Below, in pieces: positions 18,085 to 28,299 of a DNA stretch of 64,000 bases (positions within the stretch are counted from its first letter, which is position 1; the number at the start of each line of letters is the position of its first letter). This DNA comes from an uncultured Porphyromonadaceae bacterium. Lineage in GTDB: Bacteria; Bacteroidota; Bacteroidia; Bacteroidales; UBA12481. The stretch covers positions 34,420 through 98,419 of the forward strand of contig CAYHCO010000006.1 in the NCBI GenBank assembly GCA_964355105.1, written 5' to 3'. The notes under the pieces are model-generated. The model searched no databases and was not told where the DNA came from. It saw only the letters and a program-made list of their open reading frames with translations. Both the position numbers and the translations under genes were made by a program.

Positions 18085-20724
18085 ATGCCACTTCAAAAGT
18101 TCAACGATTACCGTTTTACCGGATTATTTTTTCGGATTATTTTCGGAGGAATTGCCCGCCGGGTGTCGTTTACCTTTGCAATAGCCCTTTTCTCAGTTAT
18201 GGGATCATGGTTTGCGGTCACTTACGCCATAATACTGGTGACTGCCCTAATCGATGTGGATCCGCAAATCCGAACTACCGGAATTATTATTGGTGCTATC
18301 TGCACTTCATTTACCACCATTCTGCATTTTATCCATTACGGACTGCTTGCCCGCCTTGGGATACCCGGCTTTTTCAAAACCGCCCGGACCTTAAACCAGA
18401 CATTGGTCAGCGGTCTGAGCTGGAAGCCGGTCGACCGGCTGAGCAACGAAAAGTTTTCCAAATTTGCAAAAGCCTATTTCCAGTTGCCACGAAATAATTT
18501 CCTGGTATCCCTCTTGTATTCTTCCCTGGTTGGACTGATTCTTACTGTCTATACCATATTGAATACCCATGACTCGGCTACTAGTCTTAAGATAGGCCTC
18601 GGAGCCCTGCTTGCCGTGAGCATATATTCTTACTGGGCCTACCTGATTACCGATTTCCTGTGCGGTGCGATGCGCTCGTCGATATATGAAGAGATCAATA
18701 AACGTCAGTTGATTGTCGAGCTGCCAAGAAGTCTGTCGCTCAAGTTTTCATTTATCCTGCTTGTTGCCCTTTTTGTAATCACGGTGGTTATTACCTCTTT
18801 GTTTGTTTCAAACGATACCGGCAATATCTTTAAAACTTATGGATTTGTTGGATTGTCCGCTTTCATGATCGGGTTGTTCACTTTCATCCATTATGTGGCC
18901 ATTGATCTGTTTCTCAAGGAGATACATCTCTCTACCTCAAAGCTTGCCAAAGGTGAACCGGGATTGCTTTTCCCAACCTACGATTATGCAGAATTGCGGC
19001 AATCCATGGAAAACTTCAACAAGGTTGCCATGGAATTTACCGAACTCCGCGGCGACTTTGAGAAAAAGATTTACGATCGCACCATTGACCTCCAGAATGC
19101 CAAGGAGCAGGCTGAAGCTGCCAACCTTGCAAAAAGTAATTTCCTGGCCAACATGTCCCATGAAATAAGAACCCCAATGAACGGGATTATTGGCATGTCG
19201 GAAATTTTAATGAGATCCGACCTGTCAGAGGAGCAGATGGAATATCTTCAGATAGTGGAGAGCTCCGCCAATACACTGCTGGCCATTATTAACGACATTC
19301 TCGATTTTTCAAAAATCGAAGCTAACAAGCTGGATCTGGAGATGATCCCGTTCAGCCTCATCCAGGTTATAGAGGAAGTATCTGACAATATGGCTATCAA
19401 GGCCATTCAGAAGAATCTCAACCTCGTTACGGACCTCGATACAAAGATCCCGGAGTCCATGATAGGCGATCCGCTTCGGCTCAAGCAGGTACTGCTTAAC
19501 CTGGTCAATAACGCCATCAAGTTTACCAACAACGGCGAGGTACTCATCTCATGCAATCTGATTGAGAAAATCGGTAACAGGTATAATTTCATATTTAAAA
19601 TCAGAGATACGGGTATTGGTATTCAGCAGGACCAGATGGAAAAACTGTTCAAATCCTTCTCCCAGGTCGATGCTTCGATGACTCGCAAATTCGGTGGAAC
19701 TGGTTTAGGCCTGATCATCAGCAAGAGACTTGTGGAAATGATGAACGGAACCATCAGTTTCGAAAGCCAGGCAGGTCAGGGATCCACCTTCTGGTTTACC
19801 GCCCAATTCATGCAGGACGACACTTACAAGAGCAAAGCCGGTCCCGGACGTAATGAGCTAAAAGGCTTGCGGATCCTGGTGATTGATGATAACGAGACCA
19901 ACCTGAAAATCTTCCGCAAATATCTTGAATACTGGGAATGCCTCTCTGACCAGGTCAACGATGCCGAGAAAGGCTTGCAATTATTGAAAAGTGTTGCCGG
20001 TACGCCCGACGAGTACGATGCAGTCCTCCTTGATTGCCAGATGCCGGGCCTGGATGGCCTGTCATTTGCCGCCAAGGTAAATGATGATCCTGCCTTGCGA
20101 TCGAACAAACTCATCATGCTCTCCTCGATTGCCGACATGATTAAACCTGAAGATCTGTCTAACAGCGGTTTTCGCGGGTTCCTTAACAAGCCGGTCAAGA
20201 TACTCGATCTCTGGAGAGTTATTTATGCCGCCATGCAGGCTGACCTGGAAGACAAGGAATCCAGAGCCGGAAAAATTACCCCTGGAGCCAGAGATTCCGG
20301 ATCGCCGGCGGATAATCTGGAGTCTGCACCCACTGGGGAGAAATCTATATCCGTACTTCTGGTTGAGGACAACAAGATCAATCAGCGGATAGCCTTGCTG
20401 AACCTGGAGAAATTGGGATATGCCATCGAGCTGGCAGAGAACGGTCAGGAGGCATTAGACAAATTTAACGAGTTCCATTTCGACTTGATATTCATGGATG
20501 TCCAGATGCCCGTGATGGACGGCCTTGAGGCTACCCGGCAGATCCGACTGATCGAAGAATCACGGACGAACCGGCATCCGGTGCATATAGTTGCCGTAAC
20601 GGCCAATGCCATGAAAGGCGACCGGGAGATCTGCCTCGCCGCAGGCATGAACGATTATATCTCTAAACCATTCCGGGCCGACGAGCTGCGAAAAGTGCTC
20701 AAAAGGTGGATCACCAAAGCATAG
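18085..20724 (+). CDS. Membrane-bound hybrid sensor histidine kinase with two receiver domains
   Basis: About 6 N-terminal TM segments, [16 protein letters not shown]-box, [22 protein letters not shown], two REC domains (LLDCQMP, FMDVQMP). Confidence 0.93.
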   Translation: MPLQKFNDYRFTGLFFRIIFGGIARRVSFTFAIALFSVMGSWFAVTYAIILVTALIDVDPQIRTTGIIIGAICTSFTTILHFIHYGLLARLGIPGFFKTARTLNQTLVSGLSWKPVDRLSNEKFSKFAKAYFQLPRNNFLVSLLYSSLVGLILTVYTILNTHDSATSLKIGLGALLAVSIYSYWAYLITDFLCGAMRSSIYEEINKRQLIVELPRSLSLKFSFILLVALFVITVVITSLFVSNDTGNIFKTYGFVGLSAFMIGLFTFIHYVAIDLFLKEIHLSTSKLAKGEPGLLFPTYDYAELRQSMENFNKVAMEFTELRGDFEKKIYDRTIDLQNAKEQAEAANLAKSNFLANMSHEIRTPMNGIIGMSEILMRSDLSEEQMEYLQIVESSANTLLAIINDILDFSKIEANKLDLEMIPFSLIQVIEEVSDNMAIKAIQKNLNLVTDLDTKIPESMIGDPLRLKQVLLNLVNNAIKFTNNGEVLISCNLIEKIGNRYNFIFKIRDTGIGIQQDQMEKLFKSFSQVDASMTRKFGGTGLGLIISKRLVEMMNGTISFESQAGQGSTFWFTAQFMQDDTYKSKAGPGRNELKGLRILVIDDNETNLKIFRKYLEYWECLSDQVNDAEKGLQLLKSVAGTPDEYDAVLLDCQMPGLDGLSFAAKVNDDPALRSNKLIMLSSIADMIKPEDLSNSGFRGFLNKPVKILDLWRVIYAAMQADLEDKESRAGKITPGARDSGSPADNLESAPTGEKSISVLLVEDNKINQRIALLNLEKLGYAIELAENGQEALDKFNEFHFDLIFMDVQMPVMDGLEATRQIRLIEESRTNRHPVHIVAVTANAMKGDREICLAAGMNDYISKPFRADELRKVLKRWITKA

Positions 20725-21076
20725 GAAAGAAAGCGTTCCTGATATGGGTTAATTCCGGCTTTCCCCCCACATAAACTACATTAATCACATCAAACCTCAC
20801 ATCCAGAGTGATCCGGTTATACTTGACGTAAGCGTTGGCTGCCGCCACCAGAAATTGGCGCTTCTGCCGGTTTATTGCCTGTTCGGGCATTTCCCTTACC
20901 GGCGCGTGCCGTGTTTTAACCTCGATAACCACAATGTCGTTATGCTCACGGGCAATAATATCAATCTCCTTGTGGCTGAAACGCCAATTTCGTTCAAGGA
21001 TAAAAAACCCGGACTGTTCCAGGTGATTAACCGCCAGCTCTTCGCCCGCTTTCCCAAGATCCATACGATCATCCAT
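20711..21076 (-). CDS. yraN: YraN/UPF0102 family PD-(D/E)xK putative endonuclease
   Basis: [31 protein letters not shown]. Confidence 0.92.
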   Translation of the reverse strand: MDDRMDLGKAGEELAVNHLEQSGFFILERNWRFSHKEIDIIAREHNDIVVIEVKTRHAPVREMPEQAINRQKRQFLVAAANAYVKYNRITLDVRFDVINVVYVGGKPELTHIRNAFFPMLW

Positions 21077-21085
21077 TTTCTTTTC

Positions 21086-21093
21086 TAATTTTG
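21086..21093 (+). promoter_or_regulatory. Bacteroidota -7 element (TAATTTTG) upstream of metG
   Basis: TAnnTTTG match about 20 nt upstream of the ATG. Confidence 0.55.
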
Positions 21094-21112
21094 CATTTCT
21101 TAATTTTATCCG

Positions 21113-23146
21113 ATGTCAGATTACAAACGTCACCTTGTTACCGCTGCCCTTCCTTACGCCAACGGACCTGTTCATATCGGCCATCTGGCCGGGGTTTATG
21201 TTCCCGCTGATATATATACGCGTTACTTGCGCCAGAATGGAAAAGATGTGCTGTTTATTTGTGGCTCGGACGAACATGGCGTTCCTATTACACTGAAAGC
21301 CAAGACAGAAGGCATTACGCCGCAGGACGTTGTTGACAGATACCATAAGATCAATAAAGAGGCTTTCGCCAGTTTCGGTATCGGTTTTGATATTTATCAC
21401 CGCACATCGGCACCCATTCACCACGAAACCGCATCGGCATTCTTCAAGAAACTCTATGACGATGGTGAATTTGTTGAGAAAACAACCGAGCAATTTTTCG
21501 ATGAGGCAAACCAGCAGTTCCTTGCCGACCGTTACATCACCGGAACCTGCCCGCACTGCGGCAATGATAAGGCTTACGGCGACCAGTGTGAGAAATGCGG
21601 AACCTCGCTGAGCCCGATGGAGCTGATTAATCCGAAATCCATGCTCAGTGGCAATGCACCGATACTAAAAGAGACCAAACATTGGTTTCTGCCTCTGGAC
21701 AAGCATGAGCCCTGGCTGAAAAAATGGATACTGGAAGATCATACCGAATGGCGTTCAAACGTTTACGGTCAATGCAAATCATGGCTCGACCAGGGATTGC
21801 AGCCACGGGCCGTTTCCCGCGACCTCGACTGGGGAGTGCCGGTTCCCGTTGAAGGGGCCGATGGCAAGGTCCTGTATGTCTGGTTCGATGCACCCATAGG
21901 TTATATCTCGGCTACACGCGAACTGACACCGGATTGGGAAAAGTACTGGAAATCCGGGGATAGCCGCATGGTCCATTTCATTGGTAAGGACAATATCGTT
22001 TTTCACTGTATTATTTTTCCGGCAATGCTCAAGGCACACGGCGAATATATTCTTCCCGATAATGTGCCAGCCAATGAATTCCTCAATCTTGAAGGCGAAA
22101 AGATCTCTACTTCCAGAAACTGGGCAGTCTGGCTGCATGAATATCTCGAAGAATTTCCGGGCAAGCAGGACGTATTGAGGTACGTGCTCACCGCCAATGC
22201 ACCGGAAGCCAAAGACAACGATTTTACCTGGAAAGATTTCCAGACCCGCAACAATAACGAGCTGGTGGCTGTTCTCGGGAATTTTGTGAACCGCACACTC
22301 GTACTCACGCAGAAATATTTCGATGGTAAATGTCCGGAGATCAGCGTTCTCACAGATTATGACCACACAGCCCTCACCGAGATCTCAGCCATAAAATCGA
22401 GGGTAGAGCAAAGTCTCGAGAGCTTCCGTATCCGCGAAGCCCTGAATGAAGCCATGAGCCTGGCCCGACTGGGTAATAAATATCTCGCCGAGACTGAGCC
22501 ATGGAAACTCTTCCCCACAGATCCACAGCGGGTGGCCACCATCCTTCATGTCAGCCTGCAGATAACGGCCAATTTATCGGTTATGCTCGATCCCTTCCTG
22601 CCGTTTACCATGAAGCAGCTGAGAAGTTTCCTGAATATTTCCGAAATGCCCTGGTCAAACGTTGGGTTCGTCGATCTGATTCCGGCCGGGCACCAGTTGG
22701 AAAAACCGGGATTGCTTTTTGAAAAGATAGAAGATAATCAGGTCGAATATCAGGTAAAAAAACTACTCGATACTAAAATGGAAAACGAAGCTAAAGCAGC
22801 AGGGATTGCTCCGGCCAAGGCAGTTATATCCTATGACGATTTCACCGCCATGGATATACGGATTGCCACAATACTGGAAGCCGAAAAGGTTCCTAAAACA
22901 CAGAAGCTCATGAAATTAAAGGTTGATACCGGTATTGATGTCAGGACCGTTGTTTCCGGTATCGCAGAGCATTTTGAACCTCAGGAAATCATCGGAAAAC
23001 AGATAACTTTATTAGCCAATCTTGAACCGAGGATGATCAAGGGCATTGAATCCAAAGGCATGATCCTGCTGGCTGAAGACAATACCGGCAAATTGATTTT
23101 CGTTACACCGGAAACGGCTATTCAGAACGGCGCAGTCGTTAAATAA
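21113..23146 (+). CDS. metG: Methionine--tRNA ligase with C-terminal tRNA-binding domain
   Basis: [13 protein letters not shown], Zn knuckle CPHC...CEKC, YVWFDA, KISTS, C-terminal OB (Trbp111-like) domain. Confidence 0.98.
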   Translation: MSDYKRHLVTAALPYANGPVHIGHLAGVYVPADIYTRYLRQNGKDVLFICGSDEHGVPITLKAKTEGITPQDVVDRYHKINKEAFASFGIGFDIYHRTSAPIHHETASAFFKKLYDDGEFVEKTTEQFFDEANQQFLADRYITGTCPHCGNDKAYGDQCEKCGTSLSPMELINPKSMLSGNAPILKETKHWFLPLDKHEPWLKKWILEDHTEWRSNVYGQCKSWLDQGLQPRAVSRDLDWGVPVPVEGADGKVLYVWFDAPIGYISATRELTPDWEKYWKSGDSRMVHFIGKDNIVFHCIIFPAMLKAHGEYILPDNVPANEFLNLEGEKISTSRNWAVWLHEYLEEFPGKQDVLRYVLTANAPEAKDNDFTWKDFQTRNNNELVAVLGNFVNRTLVLTQKYFDGKCPEISVLTDYDHTALTEISAIKSRVEQSLESFRIREALNEAMSLARLGNKYLAETEPWKLFPTDPQRVATILHVSLQITANLSVMLDPFLPFTMKQLRSFLNISEMPWSNVGFVDLIPAGHQLEKPGLLFEKIEDNQVEYQVKKLLDTKMENEAKAAGIAPAKAVISYDDFTAMDIRIATILEAEKVPKTQKLMKLKVDTGIDVRTVVSGIAEHFEPQEIIGKQITLLANLEPRMIKGIESKGMILLAEDNTGKLIFVTPETAIQNGAVVK

Positions 23147-23164
23147 TAGGCAGTTGGCAGGGGG

Positions 23165-24277
23165 TCAGAGGGCGACCCAAAGCTGCATCTTGGGTTCGGC
23201 TTTCTTCAGGCGCGCAAGCCCTTCGATCGCTTCTTTGCGGGTCCCAAAGGTCTGCATCCGCACTTTAAACATCAGTCCGTTTTTTGTCGGAACGATTTCA
23301 GCGGGATAACCTTTCCCGACTAATTCTTTGTGCAACCGCTCGGCATTTTCCCTGATCTTGAAACATCCGGCAATAACCGGATACTGACCGGCCGACGCCG
23401 CCGATATGGCAGGTTTTAATGCCTCAGGCTTGGCCTCCGCCTTAACTTCAGACTTAATTTCTGATTTAACCTCAGTTTTTACTTCTGCTTTAACCTCAGA
23501 CTTAACCGGATCGGTTGCCAATATCTCGCTCGCATCCGGCACCTGTTTAACCATTGAGCTGTCAGCAACCGGAAACTCAATCACCCTGGCCGTATCCCTG
23601 GCAGGCATCTCCGGATAGTTGAGCCGGTAAAGCGACGGCTCCGGAATCAATGACGCCCGTGAAGAGGTCAGGGTATCCGTTACCCTTGAATTATAAGGAA
23701 GCAGCGAGAAAGCTATGAGCAGGGGCATCGCGATGGCTATCCGCCGGAGATTGGCATGACCCCGTGATTTCTTTATTTCCTGAACGGCAAATTCAATCGT
23801 TCTGGACGATTCATCCTTTGAATGGGTCAGGGCCTTGCTAACTGCCGGCTTGATCTCATGCGAGAGTTCGCGAAGAAAAACCGGGGCGAGGCCGAAAGAA
23901 TCGAGAAAAAGATTGGTTCGGTTATCAACCTTAAAACTTACTGTCCGGGTATTATCAAGATGAAAATGACCGACACCGGGAATGGAAACATCCTTGCCAA
24001 GCTCCAGCAGGCTGCGTGTTTCATCCACAAAAAAGTCGATCTGCTCACGCGCCAGAGCTGAGGGAATATTATCCTGTTTCTCGATAAAACTCACCAGAGT
24101 ACCATCGTTCTGTACCAATTCACTGTTAAAAACGATTTCCTTTGCAGGCGGAATGAAAGTATTTGTTGCCTTATCAATAACCGCAGGCCGGTATTGCGAG
24201 ACAAAACCGCCCAGTCCCGGAATGATTACGCAATCTTCCAGGAACAACAATTTTCTGATGGCTTGTATGACTTCCAT
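23165..24277 (-). CDS. HU-CCDC81-like N-terminal domains + membrane anchor + C-terminal SPOR domain protein
   Basis: DCVIIPGLGGFV...F.PP...FN....NDG.L N-terminus, hydrophobic IAIAMPLLIAFSLL, C-terminal YPVIAGCFKIRENAE SPOR-like. Start at ATG 24277 is supported by TATCTTTG at 24287-24294 on the minus strand. Confidence 0.82.
   Translation of the reverse strand: MEVIQAIRKLLFLEDCVIIPGLGGFVSQYRPAVIDKATNTFIPPAKEIVFNSELVQNDGTLVSFIEKQDNIPSALAREQIDFFVDETRSLLELGKDVSIPGVGHFHLDNTRTVSFKVDNRTNLFLDSFGLAPVFLRELSHEIKPAVSKALTHSKDESSRTIEFAVQEIKKSRGHANLRRIAIAMPLLIAFSLLPYNSRVTDTLTSSRASLIPEPSLYRLNYPEMPARDTARVIEFPVADSSMVKQVPDASEILATDPVKSEVKAEVKTEVKSEIKSEVKAEAKPEALKPAISAASAGQYPVIAGCFKIRENAERLHKELVGKGYPAEIVPTKNGLMFKVRMQTFGTRKEAIEGLARLKKAEPKMQLWVAL
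23421..23506 (-). repeat. Degenerate 12-bp coding tandem repeat (V/I-K-x-E)n in the SPOR protein linker
   Basis: Translation VKSEVKAEVKTEVKSEIKSEVKAEAKPEA. Confidence 0.8.
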
Positions 24278-24414
24278 AGTAATTAACAAAGATACTAACA
24301 ATTAGATTTCTTCCGATCTATCGGTATACAATTTTACCCGCATGGATTGCGTTTGGAAGAAAAAAGCCTGAAAATCCTTACTTTAGCTGAGCAAACCCAA
24401 GCTCCCGCAACTGC

Positions 24415-25548
24415 ATGAGAAAAATTGAAATGGTCGATATCCGGTCGCAATATCTTCGCTTACAGCCGGATATTGATGCCGGAATTGCCGATGTCCTGAA
24501 AACAGCCGCATTCATTAAGGGACCTGCAGTGAAGGCGTTCCGGGAGGAGCTGGCTAATTTTCTGGGTGTTCCCCATGTGATTCCCTGTGGCAACGGAACT
24601 GATGCCTTGCAGGTAGCGTTCATGGCACTGGGGCTGAAGCCCGGCGATGAAGTGATTACCACCAATTTTACCTTCATCTCCACAGTAGAGGTGTTGGTGC
24701 TTCTGGGCTTAAAACCGGTAATGGTGGATGTGGATCCCTTGACTTACAATATCGATCCGGAAAAAATTCCGGCAGCCATAACCCCAAAAACCAGAGCTAT
24801 CCTACCCGTCCACCTGTTCGGCCAGACAGCCGGTATGGAGCGGATTCAGGAGATTGCCACCTCGCATCATCTGTTTATCATTGAAGATAATGCCCAATCG
24901 CTCGGAGCCAACTTCACCTTTTCAAACGGCATTCGCAAAAAGGCCGGAACTATCGGAAATATCGGGACTACATCGTTCTACCCCAGCAAACCTCTGGCCT
25001 GTTACGGTGATGGCGGCGCGCTTTTCACCTCTGACCCTCAGCTGGCGGAAACCATCGAGAAAATTGCAAATCACGGTACGGCAACCAAATATTACCATGA
25101 CCTGATCGGCGTGAATTCCCGTCTGGATACCCTCCAGGCCGCTATCCTTCGTATAAATCTGAAAAACCTGGATGATTTTACCGGGCGGCGAAGGAAAGTG
25201 GCTTCCATTTATGATGAAAGATTTCGACAGAATTCCCTTATTGGGTTACCCGTCACCGCCCAAAACAGCAGTCACGTGTATCACCAATATACCATACGGC
25301 TCGATCCTGCCATGCGCGATTCGGTACGCGAAAAATTGAAGGAAAAGGGAATCCCCACGATGATATATTATCCGGTGCCGCTGAGTCTGCAAAAAGCATT
25401 TAACTTTGCAGGATACCGCGAAGGCGACTTTCCCGTATCGGAAAAACTCTGTAAATCAGTGTTATCCTTGCCGATGCACACCGAAATGGATGCTGACCAA
25501 ATCGACTATATCTGTACCAATCTGCTGAATATCCTTAACCATGAGTGA
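24415..25548 (+). CDS. DegT/DnrJ/EryC1/StrS sugar aminotransferase (WbpE/PorR-like)
   Basis: NGTDAL, PVHLFGQ, EDNAQS, SFYPSK (PLP lysine), GVNSRLD, SLPMH. Confidence 0.92.
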   Translation: MRKIEMVDIRSQYLRLQPDIDAGIADVLKTAAFIKGPAVKAFREELANFLGVPHVIPCGNGTDALQVAFMALGLKPGDEVITTNFTFISTVEVLVLLGLKPVMVDVDPLTYNIDPEKIPAAITPKTRAILPVHLFGQTAGMERIQEIATSHHLFIIEDNAQSLGANFTFSNGIRKKAGTIGNIGTTSFYPSKPLACYGDGGALFTSDPQLAETIEKIANHGTATKYYHDLIGVNSRLDTLQAAILRINLKNLDDFTGRRRKVASIYDERFRQNSLIGLPVTAQNSSHVYHQYTIRLDPAMRDSVREKLKEKGIPTMIYYPVPLSLQKAFNFAGYREGDFPVSEKLCKSVLSLPMHTEMDADQIDYICTNLLNILNHE

Positions 25549-26125
25549 ACCCGGCTATTACGCACATGAATCGGCAATCATCGATCCCGGATGTAAAATT
25601 GGAAACGGGACGAAAATCTGGCATTTCACCCATATCATGACTGGATGCCAGATAGGCGACGAGTGCAACCTCGGCCAGAACGTGGTGGTTTCCCCCGAAG
25701 TGGTTTTGGGCAATAACGTTAAGGTTCAGAACAATGTTTCCATTTATACCGGGGTCATCTGCGAGGATGAAGTTTTCCTCGGACCCTCCATGGTATTCAC
25801 AAATATTATTAATCCCCGCAGTGCGGTAAACCGGCGCGGCACCTATGCCGTTACCCGCGTAAAAAAGGGGGCTACCATCGGCGCCAATGCAACCATTATC
25901 TGCGGAATCACCCTGGGTGAATACTGCTTTATCGGAGCCGGCGCAGTGGTAACGCGCGATGTGCCTCCTTACGCATTGGTTATGGGAAACCCTGCCCGTC
26001 AGGCCGGTTGGATGAGTGAGTACGGACATAAGCTCGTCTTCAATGAAAAGGGCATTGCCATCTGTCCGGAAAGCAATGAAAAATATTCTTTAACAGCAGG
26101 CTCAGTAAAAAAAATCACCGAATGA
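25541..26125 (+). CDS. Hexapeptide-repeat sugar N-acetyltransferase (WbpD/WlbB-like)
   Basis: GTKIWHFTH, KVQNNVSIY, FLGPSMVFTN..NPRS, IGANATI, GNPARQ.GW. Confidence 0.9.
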   Translation: MSEPGYYAHESAIIDPGCKIGNGTKIWHFTHIMTGCQIGDECNLGQNVVVSPEVVLGNNVKVQNNVSIYTGVICEDEVFLGPSMVFTNIINPRSAVNRRGTYAVTRVKKGATIGANATIICGITLGEYCFIGAGAVVTRDVPPYALVMGNPARQAGWMSEYGHKLVFNEKGIAICPESNEKYSLTAGSVKKITE

Positions 26126-27150
26126 AAGATCTTATTCTGGTAACCGGCGGAACCGGTTACATTGGCTCACATACAGCAGTTGAACTGATTAAGGAAGGTT
26201 ATGAAGTAGTGATCGTCGACAACCTGTCCAATTCAACGGCAGATTCGCTTGATGGTATAGAACAGATAACCGGCGTACGCCCAGCCTTTGAACAGTTTGA
26301 CCTCTGCGACAAACCCCGGCTGGATGCATTTTTCAAGAATTATCCGAAACTGAAGGCTATCATTCACTTTGCCGCATCTAAAGCAGTAGGTGAATCTGTG
26401 GAGATGCCTCTGATGTACTACCGGAACAACCTGGTATCCCTCATCAACCTGCTGGAGTGCATGAACACCTACCAGGTGCCTTCCATCGTATTCTCTTCGA
26501 GCTGCACGGTTTACGGCCAGCCGAAAGACCTGCCCGTTACCGAGGATGCCCCTGTACAGATGGCTGAATCGCCCTATGGCAACACCAAGAAGATCTGTGA
26601 AGAGATCCTCCGCGACGGTGTTCGCGCCATGTCGGCTCTGCAGGTGATTGCCCTGAGATACTTCAACCCAATCGGAGCCCACCCTACAGCCCTGATTGGT
26701 GAGCTGCCCAACGGCGTCCCCAATAACCTGATCCCGTTTGTTACGCAGACGGCAGCCGGACTGAGGCAGGAGCTCAGGATTTTCGGCGACGACTATCCGA
26801 CCCCCGATGGCTCGGCAATCCGGGATTACATCAACGTAACCGACCTAGCAAAGGCCCACGTCACTGCCATCGGTCGCCTGCTCAGTCATAAGAATCAGCC
26901 CGGATACGAATTCTTCAATCTTGGTACCGGTCGCGGGACTTCGGTTTTGGAAGTGGTCAGAACATTCGAAAAAGTAACCGGTGTGCCGGTCAATTATAAA
27001 ATCGTTGGTCGCCGCGCCGGCGACATCATCGCGGTTTGGGCAGATACCACCAAGGCAAATGAGGTCCTTGGATGGAAAGCTGAAATCTCGCTGGAGGACA
27101 CCCTTCTGTCGGCATGGAATTGGGAAAAACGACTGAGGGGCATCAAATAA
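26122..27150 (+). CDS. galE: UDP-glucose 4-epimerase
   Basis: TGGTGYIGSH, KAVGES, FSSSCTVYG, YGNTK, LRYFNP, PNNL. Confidence 0.95.
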   Translation: MKDLILVTGGTGYIGSHTAVELIKEGYEVVIVDNLSNSTADSLDGIEQITGVRPAFEQFDLCDKPRLDAFFKNYPKLKAIIHFAASKAVGESVEMPLMYYRNNLVSLINLLECMNTYQVPSIVFSSSCTVYGQPKDLPVTEDAPVQMAESPYGNTKKICEEILRDGVRAMSALQVIALRYFNPIGAHPTALIGELPNGVPNNLIPFVTQTAAGLRQELRIFGDDYPTPDGSAIRDYINVTDLAKAHVTAIGRLLSHKNQPGYEFFNLGTGRGTSVLEVVRTFEKVTGVPVNYKIVGRRAGDIIAVWADTTKANEVLGWKAEISLEDTLLSAWNWEKRLRGIK

Positions 27151-27162
27151 AACCTATTACCT

Positions 27163-28218
27163 ATGAAAAATACCATTCTAATTACCGGCGGTGCCGGATT
27201 TATCGGATCACACGTTGTCAGGCTTTTCGTGAATAAATATCCTGATTATCAAATTATTAATCTTGATGCGCTCACCTATGCCGGCAACCTGGAAAACCTT
27301 ACCGATCTCGATCAGGCTCCTAATTACACGTTCGTAAAGGCCGACATCAGGGATGCGGAAACCATTGATGCGCTTTTTGAAAAATACCCGATAACAGGCG
27401 TGTGCCACCTGGCAGCTGAAAGTCATGTCGACCGGTCCATCGCGGAACCTATGGCTTTTATCACCACCAATATCATCGGCACGGTAAACCTGCTGAACGC
27501 GGCACGAAAGGCTTGGGCAGGGAATTTCGAAGGCAAGCGCTTCTATCATATCTCTACCGATGAAGTCTACGGATCATTGGGAAGTGAAGGATTCTTCGTG
27601 GAGACAACTCCCTACGATCCGCGCAGTCCCTACTCCGCATCCAAGGCGAGCTCCGATCACCTGGTCAGGGCCTATAATCATACGTACGGACTACCGGTAG
27701 TTATTACGAACTGCTCCAACAATTACGGTCAGAACCAATTCCCAGAAAAACTCATTCCTCTGGCTATCAACAACATAAAACACATGAAACCGATCCCGGT
27801 TTACGGCAAGGGAGAGAATATCCGCGACTGGCTGTATGTGATTGACCATGCCCGCGCCATCGACCTGGTTTTCCATGAAGGGAAGAATGGTGAAACGTAC
27901 AATATCGGCGGGTTCAACGAGTGGACCAATATCAGTCTGATCCACAAGCTTTGTGAGATCATGGACAAAAAACTGAACCGCGAGCCGGGCACTTCAGCCT
28001 CGCTGATCAGCTATGTAAAGGATCGTGCGGGTCATGATCTCCGATACGCCATTGATGCATCAAAAATCCAGAAGGAGCTTGGCTGGGAGCCCAGCCTGCA
28101 GTTCGCCGAAGGCCTGGAGAAGACGGTTGATTGGTACCTGGCCAACGAGGAGTGGATGGACAGGATCACCAGCGGGAAATATCAGGCCTATTACGACCAG
28201 CAATACCACCGAAGATAG
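27163..28218 (+). CDS. rfbB: dTDP-glucose 4,6-dehydratase
   Basis: TGGAGFIGS, HLAAESHVDRSI, STDEVYG, YSASK, GHDLRYAID. Confidence 0.96.
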   Translation: MKNTILITGGAGFIGSHVVRLFVNKYPDYQIINLDALTYAGNLENLTDLDQAPNYTFVKADIRDAETIDALFEKYPITGVCHLAAESHVDRSIAEPMAFITTNIIGTVNLLNAARKAWAGNFEGKRFYHISTDEVYGSLGSEGFFVETTPYDPRSPYSASKASSDHLVRAYNHTYGLPVVITNCSNNYGQNQFPEKLIPLAINNIKHMKPIPVYGKGENIRDWLYVIDHARAIDLVFHEGKNGETYNIGGFNEWTNISLIHKLCEIMDKKLNREPGTSASLISYVKDRAGHDLRYAIDASKIQKELGWEPSLQFAEGLEKTVDWYLANEEWMDRITSGKYQAYYDQQYHRR

Positions 28219-28223
28219 GGTAA

Positions 28224-28299
28224 GGGTTTATCAATAGGCCCCGGTTTTAACCGGGGTGACAGGGGGTTTATCAATAGGCCCCGGTTTCAACCGGGATGA
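28224..28299. repeat. Two tandem copies (40-bp period) of a REP-like palindromic element GGGTTTATCAATAGGCCCCGGTTTYAACCGGGRTGA
   Basis: Copies at 28224-28259 and 28264-28299 differ at 2 positions. Each has a CCCGGTT...AACCGGG hairpin. A related copy lies at 52361-52389 on the opposite strand. Confidence 0.85.

Noticed and set aside
20711..21076. YraN as a mobile-element or defence nuclease
   Set aside because: Widespread housekeeping-context gene with no flanking repeats, methylase or integrase.
28224..28299. 36-bp direct repeats as a mini CRISPR array
   Set aside because: Only two units separated by 4 bp, no spacer-length unique sequence, no cas genes. Better explained as REP-like palindromes.
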